NCBI GenBank assembly: GCA_951406725.2
Contig: OX597820.1
Span: 40,176,001-40,240,000, forward strand
Source: Octopus vulgaris
Lineage: Eukaryota
Reading direction: 5' to 3'
Length of the DNA: 64,000 bases
Under the pieces are notes generated by a model. It saw only the letters and a list, made by a program, of their open reading frames with translations, had not been told where the DNA came from and made no database searches. Position numbers and translations under genes: made by a program. The number at the start of each line of letters is the position of its first letter. The stretch's first letter is position 1. This document shows, in pieces, positions 25,709 to 39,150 of this stretch.

Positions 25709-26984
25709 TTACGTAATGGCGTATAGGAAATCCGGTCTACATATATTTCATAGCGAGTGGAACCTCGAAAGAGATAAAATCCAAGTGAGGTGTATAACGT
25801 CTCTTTAGGCCAAGGATATCTTGATTAGATTAAAGTCCGTTGTCATTTAGGTAACCCCTGTCTCATTAAAGTCATAGTTTATAAGTACACAATATCAACT
25901 GACAACTGTAACTACATTTACATTTACATCATGTAGCACCACCTTCAAAGCTAGAGTGAGCAATCACTACTCTAGCTTCAAATCCCATACAAAATCTAAC
26001 AGTACATCTTTATCTCAACTTATCAATAAACTAACGCCTGACTCAACTCCTTATACTCTCATATGTTCCATAATCACCCACACTAAACTTTACAGTGGAT
26101 ATAAGTGTGATCTCTGCAGAGCGGAGGTCATGACTATTTTGCAATCCACGGACTGCCTCAATGAACGCAGCAGTATAATATTCACCTGCAAACATCGGGC
26201 ACTAAATCAATTCTCGAAATACAGATAATTATAACCCCACCAGCTCTTGTCTCCCTATCACTCTCATATATTCGTTTTCCACCCTCACTACCACTGCGTA
26301 TTATACGAACAATAGTTTTTCTCCCCTGTTAATTCCTTCATCGTCAATTACAATTTTTTATCCGTACTTTTACTTACCATCTAAAATGTTCTTCTCTCCT
26401 TATATTTTTACTTACTCCCCCTCCTACCCCACCCGTAAATGTACATATAAATACACCTACGTACACTTCGCCACATCATTCGTTTTTTTTTTTCTTGTAC
26501 CAATTTACGCCTTTTGAATATTAAACCACTAGCTGTACTTTAACTCCCCAGCCTAGCTTGCTTTATTCACACATATATTCTTTTGCCCCCCACGTCGAAA
26601 ATATTTCCCCACCCTCTCCCCTCCAGGTTCTATTTATCTTCAAATGCCAATCACACTATAAAATTCTGTTATTAAGCTAAAACTACCATATTGTCCAATT
26701 CCTTCCTTCTCTCAATCCCGATATTTTATTTATTTGTATACCTTTCCTTCTCTCCTTTCTCCCCTCGTTTATATACCCCTCATATACTGTGCCCTCCACG
26801 CATTCTGTTTAAACTTTTGCATCAACATGTACCTGCTTGCAACAATGTAGCCTTTAATCTAATCAAGATATCCTTGGCCTGAATTTTGGCGGGCGTTATA
26901 CACTTTACTTGGATTTTACCACTTCTGAAGTTCTATTCGCTATGAAACATATGTAGCCCGGATTTCCCATACTCCATTCCGTAA
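25709..26984 (+). mobile_element. 5'-truncated Penelope-like element with inverted terminal repeats
   Basis: GIY-YIG relic 25858-26228 (CLIKVIVYK...TFKARVSNHYSSF...STSLS...KCDLCRAE...LNERS...CKH); 25709-25835 is an imperfect reverse complement of 26852-26984. Confidence 0.85.
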
Positions 26985-26994
26985 CTCTTGTGTA

Positions 26995-27093
<99 letters not shown>

Positions 27094-27263
27094 ATATATA
27101 TATATATATATAGGTGTGTGGGTGTGCTTATGTATACATTCCTACATGTATACACGCAAACTTACAATGCAAGTATTCGTGTAATAACGCCGCATAATCA
27201 TACATAATGATTAGTGGAATTAACATTGTATTTTTGTAACAGTATCTAAGTATCCCAACCGGG

Positions 27264-27490
27264 TTACTCTTTACTCTTTACTCTTTTACTCTTTTACGTG
27301 TTTCAGTCATTTGACTGCGGCCATGCTGGAGCACCGCCTTTTAGTCGAGCAAATCAACCCCAAGATTTATTCTTTGTAAGCCCAGTACTTATTCTATCGG
27401 TCTCTTTTGCCGAACCGCTAAGTTACGGGGACGTAAACACGTCAGCATCGGTAGTCAAACAATGCTAGGGGGAAAAACACAGACACACAA

Positions 27491-27527
<37 letters not shown>

Positions 27528-27691
27528 CTTATATACGACAGGCTTCTTTCAGTTTCCTGTCTACCAAATCCACTCACAAGGCATTGGTCGGCCCGGGGCT
27601 ATAGCAGAAGACACTTGCCCAAGATGCCACGCAGTGGGACTGATCCCGGAACCATGTGGCTGGTTAGCAAGCTACTTACCACACAGCCACT
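27264..27691 (-). mobile_element. SINE family A (near full length)
   Basis: Reverse complement matches 3342-3718, with (TTTACTC)n tail. Confidence 0.9.
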
Positions 27692-30600
27692 TTTTCCAAA
27701 AAATTATTTTCATACTTACCGACAGATTTAGTGTATCGATTGGATGAAAATTTCTCTTCCTTTTAACACAGATGTGGCAATATCAATTTCAATGAAGTAT
27801 AGACATAAATTGAACAAACTATAGACACATCCAGGCTTTTCTACAACATAACAAATTTATGCGCTAAGCACTCCACCAAAAAAACAAAATCAATCATCTA
27901 CACTGTTGCTCGACCTGCTTGCTGTAAGCAGCGTGTCACTGAAATCAAACTTTACTCTCCTGAAAAGGATCGCATATTATGATACATATAATGCAATTCT
28001 ACGTATGCCATAACAGTTAGCCAACTTGATATAACCATAAATAAATAATGATTTATCTGATTTACAATTCAATACATGCTGTCGGAGACAATCATTGTTT
28101 GAAATAAAAAAAAATAACGACCCAATAGATGTCTAGTATTCATTGTATTGACACACAGCGAGTAGAAGTCAAACATGACTTCTAGGGATTTATAAGAAGA
28201 TTGCATTTATATTTAATGCAGTTAACGAACTGTTTTCTATACATCTGCCTCTCTACTCTCTGAGATACGTATATATTTAGCAATCATATTTTACTTTTAA
28301 GGTTTTTTTCTCCCTTAGCTCGGTTTGATATTGTTTCCCTCATAATTTTCTAAAGATGTAATTATAATGTTTATGCTTCCATTGTAGTAGTCTAATTATA
28401 TATGTGTGTCATTATACTTCAGTATATAATTTTCGAAATAGTTTTGTTTAATGCATGACTCTTTTATGGAGTTAAAAAAACGGTATCTTACAGTAACATC
28501 ACGATATGTAAATACTCAAAAACAGCACTAAAAAATAATAAATTCACAGCATGTTGATGAAACCTACCAAAAATGACAAAATTTTACGCAAAAGCTATTC
28601 ACACACGCACGCATGCACACACACACACACGCACTTACAAATATACATACACAGATACACATACACACACACACAGACACACACAAGCACACGGACACGC
28701 AGACATATACATACACATACATACACATAGATACACACATATATGTATGTTTGTATGTATATAGCTTTACATCACGCATAAGCACGCATATATGTGCACA
28801 TCTACGTGATTGCCGATTTCTCTGTACATCCATGGTTGTGATTACATCAAAATGTGTGACGCAATAATGAATGCATGACTATATGTGAGAATACGAGACT
28901 GATTGTACTCATTAAAATATTCATTCGTTAATTTGCCTCTGTTGAAGGTTACGCCCAAACAAGTGGAAATTAACAAGAGGTTAGAGAACAACAAAGTTAC
29001 ACCTCAAAACAAACGTGTGATGAACAATTAGGAGAAATGTCTTAACAAAAATATCATCCTGAGGTCATAACAAGAAGAGGCGGAAGAATAAGAACTATAT
29101 CCCATTAATACCTTAGCTATTAATGAGAGACCAGGAAACAGAAACAACGAGATTTAGTTTATTTAATATTCAACATAAAGCATGAGGAATTGATATGCAA
29201 GCAAGGTCAGATCTGATAACAGTATTCTAAAATTATGCATAGACTAGCTATCATTTCAGATGCTATGAGATTTAGACAATGTACTAATCAAATATTCTAT
29301 TTGTGGTTTTTATATCATGTCACTGTTATCAAATATTGGTACGTTGTCTGTCAGCGATGCATTCTGAATTTAAGGTTGTGCTATTTTAATGAATACGATT
29401 CTAATAGATAAATTCAATGAGTGTTTCCCACTCGCAACGTCTTCTTTAAATTCCCTGAGATTTTAAGTCTTCAGCAGTATAATACTTTTTCATATTTTCT
29501 GTCAATCCCGAGGCTAATTTATAAACTTTAATTATTTTATAAGTACGGGGCTTCCGACAATGATATATTCTAATACAATTTTTTTCAGGGTTATCAGTGA
29601 AACAAAATTGAAAAAATAGTTAAGAATAGGTTCTGAAATCCATCAGTTGCTTGATCTGTCAGTAGGCTAACTCTCATAATAGTGATATCCATGGTAACAT
29701 AAAACACAACGATTTATACTGAAGACGAATGTGATATTAACTTTGTATGTCAACATCTAATTCAGGTAAAAAGGATGACTGGAAAACAATTATTTCTGTT
29801 GTTATTTTTATTGTTTTATTTCATCTCGTAGCATCTGCGATCACATCATATGACTGGTTTTTCTTTGCCAAGCTTTTCCAAGTACTCAATGCATTTAATA
29901 AAAGAATATATCATATATGTATTAGTAAAACGTGAAGCGAATGATTTTCCTAAGTTATACCTTTTTTTTTTGTTTTTATTTATTTACTGAGATCTAATTC
30001 TGACGCATTTGGTTTAATGATTTGCTTTCTTGGATATGGTGAAACATTAGCAGCTGTAGAATGCATATAATGCCGTTCCTCAATACCTTTAAAAACTTGA
30101 TTAGTGTGTTGGCGATACAAATCAATAATCATTGTCCTCTTATCCCATATTTGGCTACAACACTTTTCATTCTGTAATTATGTTTGCTCCATACACTCCA
30201 CTGAAGTGATGATAAAGAAGTAAAATAAAGGTAATATACAGAATACCATACATTTCCACTGGCAAGAAAATCAATGATCAATGTTATCGAATGTAAGACA
30301 AAAGATTTGTCTGTGTTAGATATAAGGTACAAATAGGGCATGTGTTTCAAGCACTTTGATCGCATCTTCATATTATAGTCTAAGCCTGCAGATCAATGGA
30401 TAAATTTTAGCATACTGTGAAAGTGTAACGACTATTTATTACCAGAATAAATATCTTAATTAAACATAAAATGAGCTATGGGAAATAATTAGATCAGCCA
30501 AAGGTATTAGTTTGGATAATTAAGTCAAAAGCTGATGAACTAAATACTGTCCGCCAAAAACTTATTCGTAATTGAAATTTACAATTTAGATAAAAAGAAA

Positions 30601-31959
30601 TAAAAAACCTTATAGCAATTGTTAGAGACTCTCAATGAGAGAACACATGTAACTTCTAAAAATTAAGAAATAATTTCTCTACTTCATTCACTTACATATA
30701 TATCCGATCATTGAAATTCGTTGTTCGTATCAAACCACAAGTCATGCCGGCTAGAGGAGAAATATGATCAAATATGTTCCTGCTGAAACCATATAATACC
30801 CGACACTACACTAAGATTTGACGACTGCATGGTATATAGTTAAGTAATACACTTTGTAATAATCAGGTTTTGGCTTAAATCAATTTGTATATTGGGCACG
30901 TAATTCCTTCTCTTTTCATTTATCGTTCTGACGTTATTCATTGTTATTGAATTCTCTTAATTTTTCAGTGACGTTTTTCGTGTTTCTGATCGCAGACAGC
31001 ATTAATTCTTCTCAACACGAAACGGTTTTTCAAACCTAATGTTGCACTACTGATGGTGTCACTGCGTTTAGCAAAAACATTAACGCCTTCCTTTCTCAGT
31101 TTTGTTATTATTATGAAATTGAAGTGATTACGATTATTCGATTCTTCATTCGAAACACCTTTTATTGAAGCACTAAGAAATGATATTGGCTTCAGAATGC
31201 TTGTGAAAAGAACGATAAATGCCTAACAAGCAGCTGCCCTCAATACCCAGTGGTAGAAAGCAGAAAAATAAGAGGTTTATCTCTTTAGCTTTTAATATTT
31301 AATTTACAGACATTACACTTTTGCGTTCGGAATGGCTACAACTCATAATTAATCGGCATCACAAAACGCTACCAGTCTTGAAAAAGAACACAAAATCGAG
31401 ACACAAAATGTGTAACTCAGAAATGTTCAAGAGTAAGAAGAAAATCAACATTACAGTTAATAAGTGATAGAAGGAAGTGTGCTAAATAGTGAGTTAAGTA
31501 GTTTTGAAGACAGTGGCAACAAAAACAGCCATAGAAGTAACAACTCTTACCCATATTGCGGTCCGTTCATATAAAAGCCGAGCAAAGATAATTAATTCTT
31601 CCTTAAAATTAAACGATCTTCTAGAAATGTTGAACCTATTAGGGGTACAAGGAAAATATAGATGGGAAATTCGTTTTAAACATCAGCAGCGTTTCTTATT
31701 AACCGAATAAAATCTTGGAAAGGCCAAACAGAAAACAAATGCATTTCTTTACACAAAAATACGAAAGCAGAGTAGATTTTCTTTCACAGTGCAACAAGCC
31801 CTCCAGGATATAGAGAGGAAGTACTTCAATTGAAAAAGACAAATTCTATGGCATTATTTACGTACATTTAAATCTGCAAACGAAATAAAAGCAAGTATGT
31901 ACTTGCTGGGCATAGGCCTGATTATACATTTGTACCCCATTTGTACACGAACGACGTCA

Positions 31960-33200
31960 ACGTAATAGTGTCGGACATCTCTTAAATCGAGACAGACGGC
32001 ACTGTTTTAAGGTAGTACGAAGCGGTGACAGGAGCAAATTTCAACCAGGCGCAGTCGGTGGGCCCGCAGCTCGGCACCTGAGGTGGCAGGTCCATGCCAT
32101 CCGACAAAGTTGTAGGTCGCTGGACAGAAGGACCGGTTAAATTGCTCTAGGTCTGTTTTGGGCCAGACCTCCTGGTGGACAAGAACAGGGGGAAGTGACG
32201 AGCTGGGTAGCCAATCTCACCCAGAAATGGACAGAGAAGTTGTCTATGAATGGGCGGGTGGAGGTGGCGAATGCGTACATAGCATCCGTCATCTACTACC
32301 GCCTCACTGTCGTCCCTACCCCGTTTTGTGCTCTGCCCATGGAAGGGACGTGTTCCGCTCGTCAGACCTTCCATCTGCTGTTAACAGCCGCTGACTGAAG
32401 GACTGGGCATGCCGTAGCGACTGACACACAAACATACGCTAAGGCTGCGATTTTTCCTTAACAATGAGCAGGCGTGGTCGCCGTTCGTTTCATTGATGGA
32501 GCTACAGTACAGGGCCAAGCACAGACCAAGAAAGGGCGCTCGGCACCTGGAGTGTCGGCAAGCACTCACGGACTTCAGCCAATCGATCAACGCGGTCGGT
32601 GGAAGTTCCACTATAGTGTTCTATAGAGAACTAGTGGAGCGAAAGAGCTATGACGTACTCGGAGAAAATCTGTGCATCGTGAGGGATCAACTAACTGGCT
32701 TTTTTCGACCTTTGGACCAGGGCCTATGGATAAATTCCAGAAATCCCTGGTCTGGAATTTACCGGGGCGCTCTGTTGATTCCAGTCAAGCTCTACAGACA
32801 AGGAAGTTCTGTCAGACTGACCTGTCTGAGGTGTGTGCAGAGCGATGAAACCGTCCTGGTTGCACTCATCTAGTGTCCGTGCAATGCTGACCTGTGGAGC
32901 TTTGTTGAACAGCTTTTACATGCAGTACGGATTCGGTTATCAGCCGAGTCCATTGTGAGGATCACCCCATCGCCTTCTTCTAGCCAGGAGGGAAAGGCAG
33001 GTGGTGTTGTAGACGACGCTGAAAGGACTGAAGACAGACACTTTCCTCTTCGGCTGAGCCCCCATTGATTTTTACAAGTTCCACTTGTTAAGGAAAGAGA
33101 TTAGAGAAAGAAGTTCAGCCTGCCAGTAAGTTTTTTCAAAGGTGAATGTAGTGAATATGGCCCGTGTGAATGGGCCTACTCTGAATATTCGTCTGTAAAC
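31960..33200 (+). mobile_element. L1/Tx1-clade LINE ORF2 3' remnant
   Basis: Frameshifted peptides YEAVTGA.FN..QSVG, GRWTEGPVKLL, GRVEVANAYIASVIYYRLTVVP and a C-terminal CLRC...ETV zinc-knuckle relic; GC-richer than flanks. Confidence 0.7.
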
Positions 33201-33457
33201 CGGAGCAATAAAGGGGAAGAGGGTTACCTAGCCGGCGTGCCTCCGGCTGTCGTGGTGACCAGGATGTGTGGAGTACTCTCGTTGGTCCTGGGTAGAACTC
33301 TGCACTACTGGGAAATTTTGTTGCTTAATATGTTTTCGTAAACTGTTTTTGTTTTTTGTCCACACGTTTTTTTTTCTGTTTTAAACCCCACTCGTCCCTT
33401 GCTTTATATTGACCCTAACTATTTTTGTGTTCGGCTCTTGAGACCAATAAAGAAAGG

Positions 33458-33507
<50 letters not shown>

Positions 33508-33508
<1 letters not shown>

Positions 33509-33710
33509 GCGAGCTGGCCGAATCGTTACAACTCCGGGCAAAATGCTTCGTGGTACTTCGTCCATCTTTACGTACTCATTTCAAATTCCACCGAGATCGA
33601 CTTTCATCGTTTAGGAGTCGATAAAAGAAATGCCAGTTGAGCACCAGGGTTGATGTAATCGACTTACTTCCTCTCCCGAACTCGCTGGCCTTATGACAAA
33701 ATTTGAAATC
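33508..33710 (+). mobile_element. SINE family B, diverged
   Basis: GCGAGCTGGCCGAATCGTTA...CAAATTCC..CGAGATCGACTTTCATC...GTCGATAAA. Confidence 0.7.
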
Positions 33711-33751
33711 ATCATCAGCATCATCATCATCATCACCATTATTATTATTAT

Positions 33752-33789
<38 letters not shown>

Positions 33790-33797
33790 TTACTACA

Positions 33798-33858
<61 letters not shown>

Positions 33859-33862
33859 TTCT

Positions 33863-33898
<36 letters not shown>

Positions 33899-33900
33899 AA
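33710..33900. repeat. (CAT)(ATT)(ACT)n(AGT)n trinucleotide array
   Basis: Directly visible. Confidence 0.95.
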
Positions 33901-34944
33901 TGATTATAGTTGTTAGAAATTCTGTCACTATTATAAAAATATCATTATTAGCAAATTATAAGCAAAACATTAGTTGCCGAAATTATTGGCCACATTGCCT
34001 ATGATTGTGATATTGCTGCTGCTGCTGCTGCTGCCGCTGATAAAGATGGTGACGATAATGATAATGATGATGATGATTATGATGATGATGTTGTTGATGT
34101 TAATAAAAGAAATAAGTACAGGCATCAACAAAGATAATAAGCAATAAGTATGTAGGTTTCTCACACTCCGCACTCCTTGGCTACAAAATAATTTGTGTCG
34201 TCTACCACAACCGTTAACCACCTCTCTTACTATAATTTCCTCGTTGTGTATCCCTTTTCACCTTCACTCTCCAAATCTTCATCCTCCCTGTCTTATATAT
34301 TGATAAAGTTCTCGTGTTTCTATTCTTTATTTCTTCTTCCCTGCCTCTGTTTGTCTGTCTCTCTCTGTCTCTGTCTCTCTCTGTCTCTGTCTCTCTCTTC
34401 GAAATGGAACGCAATTATGAATTCTCTGAGCGTATACTCATTTCTTTTCATCTCGCGACATGCATAAAGGAATAATTAAATATTCTCACAGGGATTCATT
34501 TGTGTTCACCAAGGTGTTTTGCTAGCATCGTTGGTTTATTGGTTAATAATAGTGCAAAATCAAATTTTGTATTCAAAAACTAAAACCATAATAAAAATTA
34601 GATGAATAAATTTTACAAAATGAATATATATAAAAACAAAACAGAACAAAGCATAACAGAAAAAGCAAGCAAACAAATACAGTAAAAAAAAAATGAAAAT
34701 TTAATGAAAGAGAATTCAAACTCGTTTTGGAAGTAATAAGACACATTTTAAGAAATATTTCATCGAAAATCTGTCTACGTTTTTCTTCTACGTCTATGTA
34801 AATTTCTGCCTATGTGTATATGTTGTGGATATGACACACACACACACGCACATATATACATACACATACCTATACATACCGATATACACACGAATATAAA
34901 AAAATATTTGTATGTGTGCACTCGTGTGCATATATATATATATA

Positions 34945-34986
<42 letters not shown>

Positions 34987-35306
34987 CATATATATATGTA
35001 TATATATGTAAATCTATCTATCTAGAGAGAGAGAAGGGGAGAGAGGGGGGAGACAGAATGGAGAGAGAGGGGTGACCAAGGGAGAGAGATGGGGAGAGAA
35101 AGGGTGAGAGAGATAGAAAGAGAATGTGTGTGTAAATAACATAGATTCATATATTTGCATGTCTGTACATGACCGTATAAATGTGTATATAGGTGCATAT
35201 ATGTGAAAATGCATATAATTGTTTATATAGGCGCGTGCACATACATGCGCGCGCACATATATATATATATATACAAATACATACAAATACATATATAATA
35301 TATATG

Positions 35307-35339
<33 letters not shown>

Positions 35340-35378
35340 GTATATATACATATATATATATGTGTATATATATGTATA

Positions 35379-35450
<72 letters not shown>

Positions 35451-36096
35451 CTCACGCTTTTTGTGTGTGTGCATATGTGTGCAAGGTTCTTTTTTCTTGT
35501 AGTTCTATTGATGTATTTATCTATGTTTGTATCCGAGCGGCCAATAAGTCATGTAATAATTCAATTATATATTCCTCTGTGCCAATAATATTCCGTTCTT
35601 CTTTGATTGGTTAATTCTTCCTAATTTTCAAGGAAACTTTTATCGTGTGATTTTATAATTATTTTATTATTATTTCTAAAATGCTATGAAAAAAAATATT
35701 AAAAAACAAAAAAATGGATTAACATAGACATTAAAAAAATAAATTGTGAGTAGAATCTCGACAGTTTTTCACTATGTGAATTAGAAGCAAATATTTAATT
35801 TTAAAATATTTTAAATCCATTAAGATAACAGTAGCAGGCTTGTGGCTTCCTTCTAGTGAAATATATTAAACAGTTTCATCTTCAATGAATTTCCATATAT
35901 TTTGTAAACACTTTTGAAATTACTTTTGCCAAACCATAGTATTTTGTAGGCATCTTTTAAATATATGACAATATACGTCAAACCAGAGTGGGAGATTCTA
36001 TCAATATCACAATATGCTGGAAAGGATGATTAAATCTCCTTCAGATCACATTCTATTTTTACTAAAAAAAAATAAGAATAGATGCTGGCGTTTATT

Positions 36097-36300
36097 CTTT
36101 TACTTTTTTATTCTTTTACTTGTTTCAGTCATTTGACTGCGGCCATGCTGGAATACCGCCTTTAGTAAAATAAATCGATCAGAGGACTTATTCTTTGTAA
36201 CGCTAGTACTTGTTCTATCGTTCACTTTTGCCGAACTGCTAAGTTACGGAGACATAAACACTCCAACATCGGTGTTCAAGCGATGGTTGCGAGACAAATA
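36097..36300 (-). mobile_element. SINE family A, 3' half
   Basis: TTTCAGTCATTTGACTGCGGCCATGCTGG tail as at 27300. Confidence 0.8.
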
Positions 36301-36342
36301 CAAACACACAAATACATACATACATACATACATACAAACATG

Positions 36343-36395
<53 letters not shown>

Positions 36396-36470
36396 ATAAA
36401 AACTTACTTGGAGAAGCGAAACGAAGAGAAAAGACGCGTGCGTTCGGTCATATAATAACAATATAATAAA

Positions 36471-37288
36471 CTAGCACAATTGCCCGGCGTTGCTCGGGGC
36501 TGAATTGCTTGAAAGTACTGTTAATGATTGCACTGAATTATGATGATTATTGATATAAGTTTACGGTGGGAGATAAGGACTTAACGATCAAACGTGTGCC
36601 ATTGCATTGTTTTTGGGGAACCAAATTTCTGATGAGCATTATAGGGGCACCAACTTTAAGTTTGAGAAAGTGTGGTGGTAGTCCGGGGTGCTCAAAGGAA
36701 TTGAGTACCTCTATTGGATAGTTGATGACGTCCTCTGGGTCAGGAGTTGTATCGATAGACTGATATACATAGACTTTCCCAGGAATGAGTTTTAGCATTT
36801 CATCATTAATATGGTGAACAGTTTTATTCCTCGGGGCCAGTATAGCCTTTTTGCCAATCCAATCCATATTCTGATAATTAGCTTGTAGATCTGGGAACAC
36901 TGCATCTCTGAGATCAGAAGGCGTCTTAACAATGGTACAAATGGAATCGATGGCAATATTACCATTTTCATCCCCTGGTATTTTGCCTTCGCCAAGTGCA
37001 AGGAGGGTGTGAGGAAATGCTGCTGATGTGATATTACGTCGCATATGAGCACGCATATTGGTGTGAAGTTTGAGAGTTACTTCCCTTTATTTAAAAAAAT
37101 ATGCATTAAAATGGAAAAAAATGTAAAATCGTAGACTCATCGTAGACGCGCGCTAATACCCAGAAGGGCTCGAAATGAATCACGACTATAAGATACCCGG
37201 TTTTGGTTAAACTGCATCGCAAAATGTGGGAGTAGTTAGGAATCTAAATCGGAGTAGACAGACACACAATCTTTCTTTTATATATAAA
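36471..37288 (-). mobile_element. internally deleted Helitron with PIF1-helicase fragment
   Basis: ORF 36547-37056 (NMRAH, LLALGEG, AILAPRN, PPHFLKLKVGAPIMLIRNL...CNGTRL); 3' hairpin CCCGAGCAACGCCGGG then CTAG|T; 5' end ATATATAAAAG...GTGTGTCTGTC. Confidence 0.92.
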
Positions 37289-37290
37289 TA

Positions 37291-37980
37291 TTTTCGTCCT
37301 AAAAAACTTTGTATGGATTGAATGGTTACCTCTATGGAAATATATACACGCACATTATACATACATGTGTGTATAGATGAATATATAAATACATTTAAAT
37401 ATCTACATACACTTTTGGGCGATCTTTCTGTTTCTTAGAGATAACTTTAGATCTTATTTTCGTCCTAAAAAACTTGGTATGGAGTGAATGGTTACCTCTA
37501 TGGAAATATGTACACACACGTTATACATACATGTGTGCATAAATGAAGATATAAATGCATTTATATATCTATATACACTTTTGGGCGATCTTTGTGCTAC
37601 TTAGAGATAACTTTAGATCTTATTTTCGTCCTAAAAAACTTTGTGCGGAGTGAATGGTTACGTCTATGGAAATATATACACACACATTATATATACATCT
37701 GTGTATAGATGAATATATAAATACATTTAAATATCTATATACACTTTTGGGCGATCTTTCTGCTACTTGGATATACTTTAGATCTTATATTCGTCCTAAA
37801 TAACTTTGTATGGAGTGAAAGGTTACCTCTATGGAAATATATACACACACATTATACATACATCTGTGTATAGATGAATATATAAATACATTTAAATATC
37901 TATATACACTTTTGGGCGATCTTTCTGCTACTTGGATATACTTTAGATCTTATATTCGTCCTAAAAAACTTTGTATGAAT
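37291..37980. repeat. tandem repeat, ~4.2 copies of a 165-166-bp unit
   Basis: CGTCCTAAA recurs at 37295, 37461, 37627, 37792, 37957. Confidence 0.95.
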
Positions 37981-38157
37981 TGAAAAAGAAAATGAATTGA
38001 AATTTTTAAGAAAGGAATTTGCTTACATACATGTGTGAAATGGCAAATGTTTGTGCAGTTGTCCGAAATGGAACCAGAGTAAATGTGTGGAACTGATGTA
38101 TTATAATGAATAGTCCTTCTTGTTGTGAATATTAATTTGATTAATATGAACTGAAAA

Positions 38158-38253
38158 CTAGTGGTGTAGCATAAAAGACCATAGGTGATCTTCTAGCAAA
38201 AAGGATGACCAGTCTGACTGGCTCATCCCTGTCACACACTCACACACACGCAC

Positions 38254-38299
<46 letters not shown>

Positions 38300-38955
38300 A
38301 CACGCACACACACACACACACGTTAGCTTACAATTTTATTTATATATTTGCGTGTCCATGTGTGTAAAGAGGAAGTGGGAGTAATATGCAGAGTGAAAGA
38401 GTGAAATGGTAAAATATTTAGTTTTCTCGAATTTTTTCTGAAATGGGGGTGAAATTGAAAGAAATTTTGTATGCCATGACCGAATGGAAGTACTTTGAAA
38501 AATCATAGGTAAACTCTAATTGAAGAAATTGTGTGAGGATTAAATCGTTATGTATTTATTTGTTTCTGTTTGCTGTGTTTTTTTTTTGAGTAGTGGTTTA
38601 AGGTACACTTCTCTCGTTTTATATAAATACTTTCACTTTAATCGTTGCACACTTGCAAAGAAATAGGAGGAGAAATTAGGGTGATAGCATGAGTGAAGCA
38701 TTTCGCTCCGTTTGTGTGTGTGTGTGTGTGTGCTGTAGCCCACACTAAGAAAAGCACTTCACTTACACACCACAATGTGAGTTTTCTCGAAATTTTGCTT
38801 AATTGGGGGTGAAACTTAAAAAACTGTACCTGGCACGACCCGATGTATTCTACTCTTAAAAATGCTAGGTAAATTGTAATTGAAGAAATCCTATATTGTA
38901 GATTTCTATAAGAGACAAAGGGAGGCAGATAAAATCTGCCTTTTATAATAAGAGA
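38158..38955 (-). mobile_element. non-autonomous Helitron-like element
   Basis: Minus strand starts A|TCTCTTATTATAAAAGGCAG and ends with an imperfect hairpin then CTAG|T; contains a diverged internal duplication (GGGGGTGAAA...AATTGAAGAAAT twice). Confidence 0.6.
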
Positions 38956-38956
38956 T

Positions 38957-39150
38957 AAATAAAATATATGCATATATACATACATATATGTACATACTTA
39001 CATCTACATGTATATATACAAGCATATATATATATATATATGCTTGTATATATACATGTAGATGTAAGTATATATATATATATGCTTGTATATATACATG
39101 TAGATGTAAGTATGTACATATATGTATGTATATATGCATATATTTTATTT
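38957..39150. repeat. AT-rich palindrome with an internal tandem duplication
   Basis: AAATAAAATATATGCATAT...CATCTACATG...AAGC(TA)n mirrored; the GCTTGTATATATACATGTAGATGTAAG block occurs twice on the right. Confidence 0.9.

Noticed and set aside
29589-29765. Possible host exon (TTTTTTTCAG acceptor ... CAG|GTAAAA donor, short ATG frame)
   Set aside because: Splice-like signals are common by chance in AT-rich DNA; no long frame or partner exon identifiable.
37291-37980. CRISPR-like array
   Set aside because: Whole 165-bp units repeat with no unique spacers; eukaryotic context, no cas genes.
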